This document shows, in pieces, positions 36,128-46,041 of a stretch of 64,000 nucleotides of DNA. The DNA lies in assembly GCA_043718505.1 (NCBI GenBank), contig JAYSVN010000005.1, positions 14 through 64,013 of the forward strand. Direction: 5' to 3'. This DNA is from Minisyncoccota bacterium. Lineage in GTDB: Bacteria; Patescibacteriota; Minisyncoccia; Phycocordibacterales; UBA9973. A program made the position numbers and the translations under genes. How positions within the stretch are numbered: position 1 is the stretch's first letter; the number at the start of each line of letters is the position of its first letter. The notes under the pieces are model-generated. The model did no database searches. It had not been told where the DNA came from and saw only the letters and a program-made list of their open reading frames with translations.

Positions 36128-38572
36128 ATGCAACGTTTTTTGAAATCAATTTTTATTTTTAGCCTTGTAGCTGTAGGTTTTTTGGCTTTTAGCGCCAAAG
36201 CTGAGGCTGCCGGTAACGTTGTCGGTTATGCATGGAGTGATTCTACTGGTTGGATAAGTATGAACTGCAATAATTCGGCACTTCCTGCAGGCTTTAATGT
36301 TAGTACATGTCCCCCCGGAGCGGATTATGGCGTTACTCTCGATATGACAACCGGTGCTATGAGCGGTTATGGCTGGTCAGATAATGTTGGCTGGATAAAA
36401 TTTGATCCAGTACCACCGAATGCTCCGCTCTACCCAAGTAATCCTAGCAGTCCGACTAAAATAAGTAGCCCAAGTACTCCAGGCATACATGCCGCTGCCG
36501 GCTGGGCACGCTTTTGCAGTAATGTAAACCAGGCAATTTTGCCGGATAATTGTATTGCAAATACAAACGGCATAACTCCTCAAAACGGTGGCTGGAATGG
36601 CTGGGTTTCAATGAAAGGAACTAATCAATCAGGTACTCCTTTCGGTGTTACATATAATGGAACAACAGGTGAATTCGGCGGATTTGCGTGGGGAGGTACA
36701 ACGAATGCTGCTGGCTCAGAAGTTGTCGGTTGGATTAGTTTTACCGGAGTGAAAATCCCTGTTCAAAACTATGTACCTGTTGTCAGTCTCGCTGGCGGCA
36801 CTCCTATTCTCGCAGGTGGCGATACTTTTATTATTCATCGTTGGCAAAATGCTGATAATAATCCCCAGCATCAATTTGTTTCTTGCCAGGCATTTACGAG
36901 TCGTGGTTTGGTTGTTTCGGGTAATTCTGTAGATGTTGCTAGCGGATCAGTAGGTAATTGGGACAGTAGACTAGGGCAGGAAACTTTCCCATTTCCAGTT
37001 CCGCCCGCCCAAACACCATTTCCTTCTACAAATTTTCAAACTGTAAACTTTGTTTTTGCCTATGCTCCAACGACAACCTATTACCTAGCCTGTAGAACAG
37101 CTGGAGGACAATACGCTGCTGATCCATCGAACCCAACAACGCAATGTAATCTATCAACCCCGGCAACTGTTCAAGCTACATGTCCAAGGACTACTGTAGC
37201 AACTCTTCAGCCAAGCTTTCCACTTCAAATATTAGATGAAGCAGTTCCGGGAGTATGGTCAAGCACACAAATTTTTGATGTGCCCGGTAATGTTTCCCTG
37301 CGATGGACATTCCCAGCAGGCGCAAATAATTGCCGAGGCTACGCTGCACAACCAGGTATTACTAACTGGCCATTGCAATCGAATTTGGGAATGCCAAAGA
37401 CACAAGCTGGTTCGCCAGAAACAGGAATTGTTGTTGCTTCACCACGTACAGATTACTTTATGTCCTGTGCTCTTAACGGGCAATTTGTCTATTCGAATAG
37501 AGTAACGGCATTTCCAAAAGCACCAATTACTATTCCTTCATTGGCCGGGCGACCGAATGGCAGCAATGGTGGTTACTCCGCTAATTTTTCAGTAAATACC
37601 GGAGAAAAAGTTCAACTTCGTGCGTCATCACAACTCATTGGTTTTAATAATTGTTCTGCAATTACCAGAACAACAATACAGCCAGGTGGTTGGCAAACTG
37701 GTCTTACGAAACCAGATATTACTGCTCCACTGTATGGCTGGACAGAACCAATTCCAATTAATGTACCGGATAATCCAACAAGATTTGCTATAAGATGCCA
37801 GCATGTTGGAACTGGAGCATGGGTTGAATCAAATGACGTCATTGTCAATGTTAATCAAGTTGTTGTACCAAAACTTACTCTCCAAATTAAACTCAATAGT
37901 CTCCCGGTGGCTGCTGCTAATTATGGTCCGAGTGTCCTAGTTCCTGTTACAGACTCTGTTGCCCTTCACTGGGAAGCGAATGTACCAATTAGTTCTAATA
38001 CTTGTCGAGCATCATCAAGTAGTCCGGGTTCAACACCGAACCAATATTGGAATGGCCCCCTTGTTTTACCGGCACCATTACCCGGAGCAGTAACAACAAC
38101 TCCTATAAATCTAGAACGAGTAGATAATGTTGCAACGACGTATACGATAACGTGCGCACCTCAAGACGGTAGTCCAGATCTAACTGGCTCAGCTATTGCT
38201 ATTTCTTTGCCGCAACTTGGACCGGCCCTTTCAATAGATACTATTCCTGGCTGTGTTAAGACCGACCAGACATTATTTAATCTTGGCTGGAACGCCCTAA
38301 ATCTTTCAGGCGGTACTTGTACACTTTCAAATAATACTGGTGTGACAAACAGTAATGGTGCTACGGTCTGGGATGGTACTACATCTATTAATTCGAACAA
38401 TGCCGGAGCAACAGTGACGAATATGCACATAAACTCAGATACAAGATTTACACTTAGCTGTGTAAGCTCTGCAGGCACTGCTTATGGCCCGATACATCAT
38501 GATGTCGTTATCAACCCAACCTGTACCGATGCGCCACGCAGAAATTGGTTCTTCCAATTCTTCGAGAGATGA
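36128..38572 (+). CDS. Large (814 aa) secreted surface protein with repeated G[YF][AG]WS(D)xxGWI[SK][MF] motifs
   Basis: Signal peptide MQRFLKSIFIFSLVAVGFLAFSAKA. Motif copies GYAWSDSTGWISM, GYGWSDNVGWIKF, GFAWGG...VGWISF. Many Cys, Pro/Thr-rich; no enzymatic motif. Confidence 0.6.
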   Translation: MQRFLKSIFIFSLVAVGFLAFSAKAEAAGNVVGYAWSDSTGWISMNCNNSALPAGFNVSTCPPGADYGVTLDMTTGAMSGYGWSDNVGWIKFDPVPPNAPLYPSNPSSPTKISSPSTPGIHAAAGWARFCSNVNQAILPDNCIANTNGITPQNGGWNGWVSMKGTNQSGTPFGVTYNGTTGEFGGFAWGGTTNAAGSEVVGWISFTGVKIPVQNYVPVVSLAGGTPILAGGDTFIIHRWQNADNNPQHQFVSCQAFTSRGLVVSGNSVDVASGSVGNWDSRLGQETFPFPVPPAQTPFPSTNFQTVNFVFAYAPTTTYYLACRTAGGQYAADPSNPTTQCNLSTPATVQATCPRTTVATLQPSFPLQILDEAVPGVWSSTQIFDVPGNVSLRWTFPAGANNCRGYAAQPGITNWPLQSNLGMPKTQAGSPETGIVVASPRTDYFMSCALNGQFVYSNRVTAFPKAPITIPSLAGRPNGSNGGYSANFSVNTGEKVQLRASSQLIGFNNCSAITRTTIQPGGWQTGLTKPDITAPLYGWTEPIPINVPDNPTRFAIRCQHVGTGAWVESNDVIVNVNQVVVPKLTLQIKLNSLPVAAANYGPSVLVPVTDSVALHWEANVPISSNTCRASSSSPGSTPNQYWNGPLVLPAPLPGAVTTTPINLERVDNVATTYTITCAPQDGSPDLTGSAIAISLPQLGPALSIDTIPGCVKTDQTLFNLGWNALNLSGGTCTLSNNTGVTNSNGATVWDGTTSINSNNAGATVTNMHINSDTRFTLSCVSSAGTAYGPIHHDVVINPTCTDAPRRNWFFQFFER

Positions 38573-38648
38573 TTATCCACAGGAAGTCGAAAATAACTTG
38601 GTATACTTACATTATCAATTAGTCGCAATGTTTATTTAAAAAAACCGT

Positions 38649-40043
38649 ATGAAAAAGTTTTTATCACAGTCGTTCAAAGCCGCATTCCTCGCTCTTCTTT
38701 TTGGAGGAATAGTAGTCTTTGCCGCACCTTTTGCTGGGCCAGGTGCTTTTACACCTGCAACTAATAATGCTCCTTTGCCTATAAATGTCAGTATCAGCGA
38801 TCAACAAAAAACTGGAGGCCTTAATGTTGGAAAAGGTCTAGGTGTTGGCCACATGGCAGTACAATCTACAGGTAAAATTCTTGCGACTTCACACATTCAA
38901 TCTCTCGGTAGCTTTATCGGTAGCGGCAATGTCTATGCCGGCATTAATGGTTTTTATGCAGGTTCAGGTATACCACTTACACTTCCAGCAATTCCAGGAG
39001 TTTTGAACGACAGTACGGTTGTTGCCGACAAATTCTGTCTTTCTGGTGGACAGGGTTCAACAGCTGGCTGTGTAAGTATATGGCCAACAGGCAGTACTCC
39101 TGTTAATCCTCTTCCTGTAGGTATTAATAATCATACTCTGCGCTATAACGGCGGAACATCTAAATGGGAAGATAGCGGTGTTATCCAGAATAACGGAACT
39201 GATGCAGCTGTGAATGGAAAACTAACTATTAATTATTCAAATCCTGCTACTCAAGACGGGGTTTATATTAATAACACTGATAGCGCTGGTACAAAAGTCG
39301 CAGTAATAGTCAATAAACCCGCATTTCAATTTTGGAGCAATCCCAATAATGATAATGCCGATCTATGGGTGAGGGACGTACTTTCTACTAGAAAAATTTC
39401 TGCCAGAAGTCTTATAAATAGTTCGGGTGACTATGTTTGCTCTGATCAGTGGGGAACATTATATAATTGTACGGTTAATTTCCCGGCAGTTCCGGTCCCA
39501 CAAGGCTATACCTGTGGACTTTACAATAACCAATCAACTACCCAGGGTTGTCCAAATGGCTCGTCACTTGTTCAGGTATCAGCGAATGGCCAAACAGGAA
39601 CTTGCCGTTACTATGATCCTGCAATAACAACAGCAAGTACAGCTGTACCAAATAACGGTTCCCCTTACTGCTATGCCCCTGGTTCGCTCGGAGCCGCAAT
39701 TGTTCAATTTTCAACAATTCCACAAGATGGCGGCTGTCTGGGTGAAAGGAATGTATATAGAGTTATTATAACCAATGCAATTGGATCAGTAACGTACAAC
39801 TGGACCTTGAATGCAGGCAGTGTCAGTAGTAGCACAGGCGCTCATATAAGTATTACAAGCGGAACTACGTCGTCTAGCATATCTGTAAATGTTATATACG
39901 GAGACCGTGGGGAACCAGCATCTTCCGCAGTTCTTAACCTTTCAATTACTGATAGTGCAGGACGCACTATAACTGACTTCGAGAATATCGCTATTCCAGG
40001 CAGACCACTTTCTGGCAATAGCGGTTTAATCTGTACACAATAA
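38649..40043 (+). CDS. Secreted Gly/Ser/Thr-rich, Cys-containing surface protein (464 aa)
   Basis: Signal peptide MKKFLSQSFKAAFLALLFGGIVVFA. No recognised catalytic motif. Confidence 0.55.
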   Translation: MKKFLSQSFKAAFLALLFGGIVVFAAPFAGPGAFTPATNNAPLPINVSISDQQKTGGLNVGKGLGVGHMAVQSTGKILATSHIQSLGSFIGSGNVYAGINGFYAGSGIPLTLPAIPGVLNDSTVVADKFCLSGGQGSTAGCVSIWPTGSTPVNPLPVGINNHTLRYNGGTSKWEDSGVIQNNGTDAAVNGKLTINYSNPATQDGVYINNTDSAGTKVAVIVNKPAFQFWSNPNNDNADLWVRDVLSTRKISARSLINSSGDYVCSDQWGTLYNCTVNFPAVPVPQGYTCGLYNNQSTTQGCPNGSSLVQVSANGQTGTCRYYDPAITTASTAVPNNGSPYCYAPGSLGAAIVQFSTIPQDGGCLGERNVYRVIITNAIGSVTYNWTLNAGSVSSSTGAHISITSGTTSSSISVNVIYGDRGEPASSAVLNLSITDSAGRTITDFENIAIPGRPLSGNSGLICTQ

Positions 40044-40169
40044 TCGAAAAATATTGTCTGAAAGTATTTAGAAAAAAGCCAGATCAATCTGGCTTTTTTC
40101 ATTGGATCTTACCGTACTCAGAAAATTTGGGACTTATATCGAGTAATGGTAAAATGATATTTATAAATC

Positions 40170-40571
40170 ATGAAAATAGACGATACAAAAAAATCTGTCA
40201 TAAGTGCTGTCAGCTTGATTTTGATCGCTGCAATTGCCTTCCTTTTTTGGTATACAGCAAAATATAGTACCCATGCCATTGAGGCTACTCAGAAATGTGG
40301 GGAAATTTTTTTACAAAAAGCCACGGGATACTTTGGTCAAAACGGAATAAATAGATTTATCTTTAGTAAAAAAGAAAATACCTGTCTTATTTTTAATACT
40401 TTTATAGATGAAGTAAGCGGTAACTACCGTTTAATGGTCGTCGACATGATTACTGATGACATTGATTTTTATTACGAACTCAAGAAAGATGAAACCAAAG
40501 ATACTGCTCTCGGATTAACTAAAGATGAAGCGGTAAACAAAGTCAGGTCCTTTGGTTTTGTCATTTTTTAG
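40170..40571 (+). CDS. Membrane-anchored hypothetical protein (133 aa)
   Basis: N-terminal TM helix VISAVSLILIAAIAFLFWY. Confidence 0.45.
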   Translation: MKIDDTKKSVISAVSLILIAAIAFLFWYTAKYSTHAIEATQKCGEIFLQKATGYFGQNGINRFIFSKKENTCLIFNTFIDEVSGNYRLMVVDMITDDIDFYYELKKDETKDTALGLTKDEAVNKVRSFGFVIF

Positions 40572-40630
40572 TGATTTACAGGCGCGAATTTTAATTAGAA
40601 ATATAATCTCGAAATGCTACAATAATCTCC

Positions 40631-41389
40631 ATGAACACTATCTACATCGTCGGTAATTGGAAGGAATATCCGGAAAAAGTAGGAGATGCCAGTAAGATTG
40701 CTTCGGCGCTCTCAAAGAAAAATGTTAAAAACGGAATAAAGGCTATTGTTTGTCCGCCACATCCATTTCTGCAAAGTGTCGCTATTGCGCTTAAAAAAAG
40801 TACATCCGCACAAGGGAAATATATTCTCGGCGCCCAGGACCTCTCACCAATGATGATCGGTGCTTATACCGGCGAAGTTTCGCCAAAAGCTCTTGCTTCA
40901 CTTGGTGCGAAATATGCAATCGTCGGGCACTCTGAGCGCCGCGCTATGGGTGAAACAAATGCTATTATTCTCCAAAAATTAAAAGCCGCACACGCTGTCG
41001 GCATTCGTCCCATACTTTGTGTGGGTGAGAAGAGTCGGACTGATACAGAAAAATCTCATGCTGACGTTCGCGAAGCCGTGGCAGTATTCGAAGGTCTTTC
41101 AAAAAAAGATGCAGCCAATACAATCATTGCCTATGAACCACTTTGGGCAATTGGTGCCAAAGCTGCAGCCACACCTGAGGATGCCCGCGAAATGCGTATT
41201 TACATCCAAAAAATTCTTTCTGATATGCTGGGGGAGAAAACTATGCGTGGCATACCAATTCTCTACGGCGGTGCAGTGACTGCCAAAAACGCTAAAGAAT
41301 TTATCACGCTTGCCGGTATGCACGGTCTTCTTATTGGCCGCGCCAGTCTTGAACCAAAATCATTTATCAGTATCATTAATTGTTTTTAA
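40631..41389 (+). CDS. tpiA: Triosephosphate isomerase
   Basis: VGNWK, ...GHSERR..., AYEPLWAIG..., ILYGGAV motifs. Confidence 0.95.
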   Translation: MNTIYIVGNWKEYPEKVGDASKIASALSKKNVKNGIKAIVCPPHPFLQSVAIALKKSTSAQGKYILGAQDLSPMMIGAYTGEVSPKALASLGAKYAIVGHSERRAMGETNAIILQKLKAAHAVGIRPILCVGEKSRTDTEKSHADVREAVAVFEGLSKKDAANTIIAYEPLWAIGAKAAATPEDAREMRIYIQKILSDMLGEKTMRGIPILYGGAVTAKNAKEFITLAGMHGLLIGRASLEPKSFISIINCF

Positions 41390-41446
41390 AAGTTTTAAAA
41401 TATACATTAAGAATTTTATAAATAATTTAGAATACATTATACAAAA

Positions 41447-42580
41447 ATGAAATTGAAAGGCGTTTCCGAAATTGATCACATAGAAGGCAAGCGAGTAATC
41501 CTGCGCAGTGATTTAAATGTGCCAATTGATGGTAATAAAGTTCGCGACACCTATAGAATCATTCGCGCTTTGCCGACAATTCAATTCCTGACCTCGCGCG
41601 GTGCCAAAGTAGTTCTTCTCACTCACCTCGGCGATGATGGCAGCGAAGATCTAGCCCCAGTTGTCAAAATTCTGGAAGAAAATAAAGTACCACTTGCCTA
41701 TATGGCATCAGCTGATCAATCAACAATCGAGAAAGCTACCCAGGAAATTCAAAACGGCAATGTTCTTCTCTTGCCAAATATCCGTGCATTTCCGGGTGAA
41801 AAAGAAAATGACACTGTATTCTCGAAATGGCTGGCAACGCTAGGTGAAATATATGTTAACGACGCTTTTTCTGTTTCGCATCGTGAACATGCCAGTATTG
41901 TTGGTTTGCCGAAACTTCTGCCGTCGTATGCCGGTATGCAGCTGTTTGAAGAAATAGAACACCTGTCCGCACTTTTTGAAAATCCGGAACATCCTTTTGT
42001 TGTCATGTTCGGCGGCGCCAAACTTTCAACCAAAATGAAATTAATTAAAAAACTTTCTAAGAAAGCTGACTTCGTAGCTATTGGCGGTGCACTCCTCAAT
42101 CAAGTTTTATATTTGCGCGGTATGGAAATTGGCGACTCACTTCATGATGAAGAAAAAACCGATCTCGATATTTTTGACGATGAAAAAATGTTTATACCTG
42201 AAGATGTTGTGGTGAAGCGTGGTACTGACTCGCTCACCATTTCTGTAAATGAAATTCAAAAAGGCGATACTATAGTAGATATAGGTATTAAAGCTGTTGC
42301 AGCGATCGAAGCTGTTTTGGTAAATGCCAAGACCGTACTCTGGAATGGTCCGATGGGGAAGTATGAGGAAGGTTTTGGTGGCGCCACTGAAGCACTTTTG
42401 AATAAACTCTCTACGCTGAACGCAACAACCAAAGCTACTATCGGCGGGGGCGATACTGTTGCACTCGTTTCCAAACTAGGCTTACAGGATAAGCTCCATT
42501 TCATCTCAACTGGTGGAGGAGCAACGCTCGAATACCTTGAAAATGGCACTTTACCAGGGCTAAAGGCCCTTGAAAATTAA
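41447..42580 (+). CDS. pgk: Phosphoglycerate kinase
   Basis: RSDLNVP..., hinge and C-terminal nucleotide-binding motifs (...GGGDT..., ISTGGGA). Confidence 0.95.
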   Translation: MKLKGVSEIDHIEGKRVILRSDLNVPIDGNKVRDTYRIIRALPTIQFLTSRGAKVVLLTHLGDDGSEDLAPVVKILEENKVPLAYMASADQSTIEKATQEIQNGNVLLLPNIRAFPGEKENDTVFSKWLATLGEIYVNDAFSVSHREHASIVGLPKLLPSYAGMQLFEEIEHLSALFENPEHPFVVMFGGAKLSTKMKLIKKLSKKADFVAIGGALLNQVLYLRGMEIGDSLHDEEKTDLDIFDDEKMFIPEDVVVKRGTDSLTISVNEIQKGDTIVDIGIKAVAAIEAVLVNAKTVLWNGPMGKYEEGFGGATEALLNKLSTLNATTKATIGGGDTVALVSKLGLQDKLHFISTGGGATLEYLENGTLPGLKALEN

Positions 42581-42667
42581 GCTTATTTTCCTCAAAAATT
42601 AAATAGGTAAATAAAGCTTGTAATATAAGGCTTTTTGGCCCGTCTCCTATACGAACACTGTAAGTAC

Positions 42668-42696
42668 TTGACAATAGTCGAGTACTATGCTACAAT
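42668..42696 (+). promoter_or_regulatory. Consensus sigma70 promoter TTGACA-17-TACAAT
   Basis: cTTGACAatagtcgagtactatgcTACAATa. Sits 41 nt upstream of the small ORF at 42738. Confidence 0.6.
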
Positions 42697-42737
42697 ATAG
42701 AAAAGTTTAACTAAACCTCAAAACTGAAAAATAAACT

Positions 42738-42869
42738 ATGGCTAAAGCAAAGAAATTCTTCTCTAATTACAAATGGGCTATTATCGTATTTTTTATTGTC
42801 ATCAGTGGCATTTCTGCCGCATCAATAACAAGTAAAAAGACATTTTACGAGCAGTATATAGCTCCATGA
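42738..42869 (+). CDS. Unannotated 43-aa single-TM membrane protein (below the ORF-track cutoff)
   Basis: MAKAKKFFSNYKWAIIVFFIVISGISAASITSKKTFYEQYIAP. Own consensus promoter upstream (42668-42696) and terminator downstream (42937-42964). Confidence 0.5.
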   Translation: MAKAKKFFSNYKWAIIVFFIVISGISAASITSKKTFYEQYIAP

Positions 42870-42934
42870 TTATTAATTTTTTTCTTTATCTTAAAAGCTC
42901 TTTCACTTCCGTTTGCCCGTAAGGTAAACAAATC

Positions 42935-42966
42935 ATCCTGCACTAATACTGCAGGATTTTTCTTTA
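42935..42966 (+). terminator. Rho-independent terminator
   Basis: CCTGCA-CTAATA-CTGCAGG hairpin followed by ATTTTTCTTT. Confidence 0.6.
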
Positions 42967-43046
42967 CCCAAAGTTGCCGCACAAAATCTCCAGGAACTTT
43001 ATAATGAATTGAAATATTTTTTATCTCGTCACGGTATAATGCAGAC

Positions 43047-43967
43047 ATGCAGCCGAAAACCCGAATCCTTATTGCCGCGACTCTAATATCTATATACCTC
43101 GCCATTTTCTTTTCACTTCGGGTATTTGGAGCGGGGAACAGCGAACTCCAAGTTTCTTTTCTTGATATTGGCCAGGGTGACAGCATTTACATCAAAGCGC
43201 CAAACGGTAAAGATATGCTGATTGATGGCGGAAGAACGAGTGGAATACTTTTGAAAAAATTACGAGGGGCGATGTCTCCCGGTGACAATACAATTGATGT
43301 TGTCATGGCAACACATCCTGATGCTGATCACATTGGCGGACTTCAGGCAGTCATTGAAAATGTTAAAGTCGGCGAATTTATCGAGCCGGGAATTTTTACA
43401 GATACAAAAACCTATGCCGGCCTTCTCGATGCCCTTCTTGCGACAGCCACTCCGCACATGCTTGCTCGCACCGGTACGACAATAACTCTCGATGAGAAGA
43501 ATAAAGTAATTTTTTCAGTGCTTGCACCGAGCAGTATTTATCCTGGACAAGAAACTAATGAAGCTTCAATTATTGGACTACTTTCATATGGAGAACAAAG
43601 TTTTATGCTTACAGGGGACGCGTATGTGGCAGGGGAGGAAGCGATAATGATAGAAGCAATTGCGAAAGAAGCAAAAGAGAATGAACCAAAAAATAAAAAT
43701 AGTATAAGCGGAAAAAGCATAGTCGCCGACGTTTTGAAGCTTGGTCACCATGGATCACGAACGTCATCGAGCGAAGCATTTTTGAGAGCGACACAGCCTG
43801 GTGTTGCCGTAATTTCTGCAGGCTGCAAAAATTCATACGGTCATCCGCACAAAGAAGTGGTTGATCGACTTGCCATGCTAAAAATCCCATCAATTTCTAC
43901 CTGTGATTCAGGAACAATTACGTTTACGACTGACGGTGTAACTCTGTCTAGAAGAACAGAAAAATAA
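43047..43967 (+). CDS. MBL-fold metallo-hydrolase, ComEC C-terminal-like, membrane-anchored
   Basis: N-terminal TM. VSFLDIGQGDSIYIK..., ATHPDADHIGG..., LGHHGSRTSSS motifs of the ComEC/Rec2 lactamase-like domain. Confidence 0.7.
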   Translation: MQPKTRILIAATLISIYLAIFFSLRVFGAGNSELQVSFLDIGQGDSIYIKAPNGKDMLIDGGRTSGILLKKLRGAMSPGDNTIDVVMATHPDADHIGGLQAVIENVKVGEFIEPGIFTDTKTYAGLLDALLATATPHMLARTGTTITLDEKNKVIFSVLAPSSIYPGQETNEASIIGLLSYGEQSFMLTGDAYVAGEEAIMIEAIAKEAKENEPKNKNSISGKSIVADVLKLGHHGSRTSSSEAFLRATQPGVAVISAGCKNSYGHPHKEVVDRLAMLKIPSISTCDSGTITFTTDGVTLSRRTEK

Positions 43968-43985
43968 AATATTTTACTTAGGTAA

Positions 43986-44079
43986 CAAACATATATTCAA
44001 AAAGCCTTGGTAGGCACGACGGTGCCGGACAGAGAAAAAGCCCACCAGGGCTTTTTCGTGCTTTTTGAATATATGTTTG
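43986..44079. terminator. Nested bidirectional terminator: perfect 20-bp inverted repeat enclosing an AGCCC-ACCA-GGGCT hairpin
   Basis: CAAACATATATTCAAAAAGC...GCTTTTTGAATATATGTTTG exact reverse complements. Inner AAAAAGCCCACCAGGGCTTTTT. Confidence 0.6.
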
Positions 44080-44083
44080 TGAA

Positions 44084-44329
44084 CTACTTTATGATGCCTG
44101 CTTTCTTAAGAGTAGCGTAAGCCCCGCGCTTGTTGATTGTCTTGATAGCATCAGTTGAAAGAGTAAGGATAAAAGACTTGTTGAGCTCAGGCACAAAAAT
44201 CTTCTTTTTGTGGAGGTTTGGGTGCTTGCGAGTAGACCCTGTCGGGTTAAATTTGGTAGCACGAACTTTGGTCGAGTAGCCACCCGCCATCATTGAACCC
44301 CTATTTGTAACTGCGCAAACTTTAGCCAT
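44084..44329 (-). CDS. rpmB: 50S ribosomal protein L28
   Basis: MAKVCAVTNRGSMMAGGYSTKVRATKFNPTGSTRKHPNLHKKKIFVPELNKSFILTLSTDAIKTINKRG. Start trimmed inside ORF 44084..44422. Confidence 0.85.
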   Translation of the reverse strand: MAKVCAVTNRGSMMAGGYSTKVRATKFNPTGSTRKHPNLHKKKIFVPELNKSFILTLSTDAIKTINKRGAYATLKKAGIIK

Positions 44330-44362
44330 AGTGCTTCGCATGGTATCATACGAAATACATAT

Positions 44363-44983
44363 ATGCAACTCATTGAAATCGTAATTTTGCTGCTTTCCGT
44401 CATTGTGCACGAGGTCGCTCACGGCCTTATGGCATACAAACAGGGTGATCCAACAGCCAAAATTGCAGGCCGGCTTACTTTAAATCCTATTCGTCATATA
44501 GATCCTATTGGAACCATACTTGTTCCTATTTTGCTTTTCACCACAACAGGCTTTCTATTTGGTTGGGCAAAACCAGTTCCGTACAATCCAAATAATTTCA
44601 GGAACCGCCGTCGGGGCACACTCCTCGTAGCTTCAGCTGGAGTGCTCATGAACATTATTATTGCCGCTGTCTTTTCCATTATCATAAGGCTGATTCCCGA
44701 TATGGCTTTCTTGTCGGAAAATTTTGCCAAAGCCCTGACGGAGGTCTCAGTAATCATTATTTCAATTAATCTCTTGCTAGCTATATTTAACCTTGTGCCA
44801 ATACCACCACTCGACGGCTCACGCATCCTTTTCTCCTTGTTACCAAGTAGATTTTTCAAATATGAAGTCTGGCTTGATCGTTACTCACTGCTTTTTGTCC
44901 TTATTTTTGTATTTTTCGGCTGGAAACTACTTTTTCCTGTCCTCAACTGGGTATTTGCCATCTTTGTCGGGTCAGGCGTGTAG
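44363..44983 (+). CDS. Site-2 protease-family (M50) membrane zinc metalloprotease
   Basis: HEVAHG (HExxH) in the first TM segment. Multi-TM. LDGSR motif near the C-terminus. Confidence 0.75.
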   Translation: MQLIEIVILLLSVIVHEVAHGLMAYKQGDPTAKIAGRLTLNPIRHIDPIGTILVPILLFTTTGFLFGWAKPVPYNPNNFRNRRRGTLLVASAGVLMNIIIAAVFSIIIRLIPDMAFLSENFAKALTEVSVIIISINLLLAIFNLVPIPPLDGSRILFSLLPSRFFKYEVWLDRYSLLFVLIFVFFGWKLLFPVLNWVFAIFVGSGV

Positions 44984-45065
44984 AGGCTCGCTTGCTTTTT
45001 TACTGAGGGCATAGTACATTATTGCCGCTAGTCCCTCGGGGCTATTTCAATTTCAAACAACAATA

Positions 45066-45485
45066 ATGGCTAGAATTAACCAATTAGTTAAAAAAGGCAG
45101 AAAGACCCAGACGCGTAAAACGCGATCGGTTGCACTCATGCGTGGTTTTAACGCAATTAAGAATAAGCCAATTTTTTATCCGTCTCCATTTAAGCGCGGT
45201 GTTTGCACAAAGGTGACAACCGTTACCCCAAAGAAGCCTAACTCTGCTCTCCGAAAGATTGCCCGTGTCCGCCTTACTAATGGTATGGAAGTAACAGCAT
45301 ACATTCCGGGTGAAGGTCACAATTTACAGGAACACTCTGTTGTTATTTTGCGCGGCGGTCGCGTCAAAGACCTAATCGGTGTTCGTTACCACATTGTTCG
45401 CGGATTGCTTGATGCTACTGGTGTTGAAAAGCGCCGTCAGTCACGCTCACTCTACGGTGCGAAGCGCCCGAAAGCTGCTAAGTAG
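45066..45485 (+). CDS. rpsL: 30S ribosomal protein S12 with ~12-aa insertion near the N-terminus
   Basis: ...[71 protein letters not shown]... Extra segment [16 protein letters not shown] precedes KRGVC. Confidence 0.95.
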   Translation: MARINQLVKKGRKTQTRKTRSVALMRGFNAIKNKPIFYPSPFKRGVCTKVTTVTPKKPNSALRKIARVRLTNGMEVTAYIPGEGHNLQEHSVVILRGGRVKDLIGVRYHIVRGLLDATGVEKRRQSRSLYGAKRPKAAK

Positions 45486-45538
45486 CAAATTAAAATAATA
45501 TTAATTCTTCCTAAAAACTTTTTAATCACAAAAATCAT

Positions 45539-46006
45539 ATGCGACGCAAAGTCAAAAATCGAAATATCGCCCAGCCGGACATTACTTTCAACAATGCCCG
45601 TCTTGGAAAGTTCATCAATTGCATCATGTGGGATGGCAAGAAAGAAACTGCCCGCAAGGTAGTTTATTCTGCGCTTGAAATCGTGAAGGAAAAAACAAAG
45701 CTTGATCCGATTGAAGTTTTTGATACTGCTATTCGCAACGCTGGCCCTGCTATGGAAGTTCGCTCTCGCCGTATCGGTGGAGCTAACTATCAGGTGCCTC
45801 GCGAAGTTCGTGAAGAAAGAAAGCGCGCCCTCGCTATGCGCTGGATAATCAATGCCGCTCGTTCTGGCAAAGGCCGCCCGATGGGGGAGAAGCTCGCTGA
45901 CGAACTGATTGCTGCTTCAAAAAATGAAGGTGTGGCAATCAAGAAGCGCGACGATACTCACAAGATGGCTGAATCAAACAAGGCTTTTGCGCACTTTGCG
46001 TGGTAA
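45539..46006 (+). CDS. rpsG: 30S ribosomal protein S7
   Basis: ...KFINCIMWDGKKETARKVVYSALEIV..., GGANYQVPREVREERKRALAMRWII... Confidence 0.95.
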   Translation: MRRKVKNRNIAQPDITFNNARLGKFINCIMWDGKKETARKVVYSALEIVKEKTKLDPIEVFDTAIRNAGPAMEVRSRRIGGANYQVPREVREERKRALAMRWIINAARSGKGRPMGEKLADELIAASKNEGVAIKKRDDTHKMAESNKAFAHFAW

Positions 46007-46041
46007 TAACCGGTTAATTTCTCAAAATACAAACAATACAA

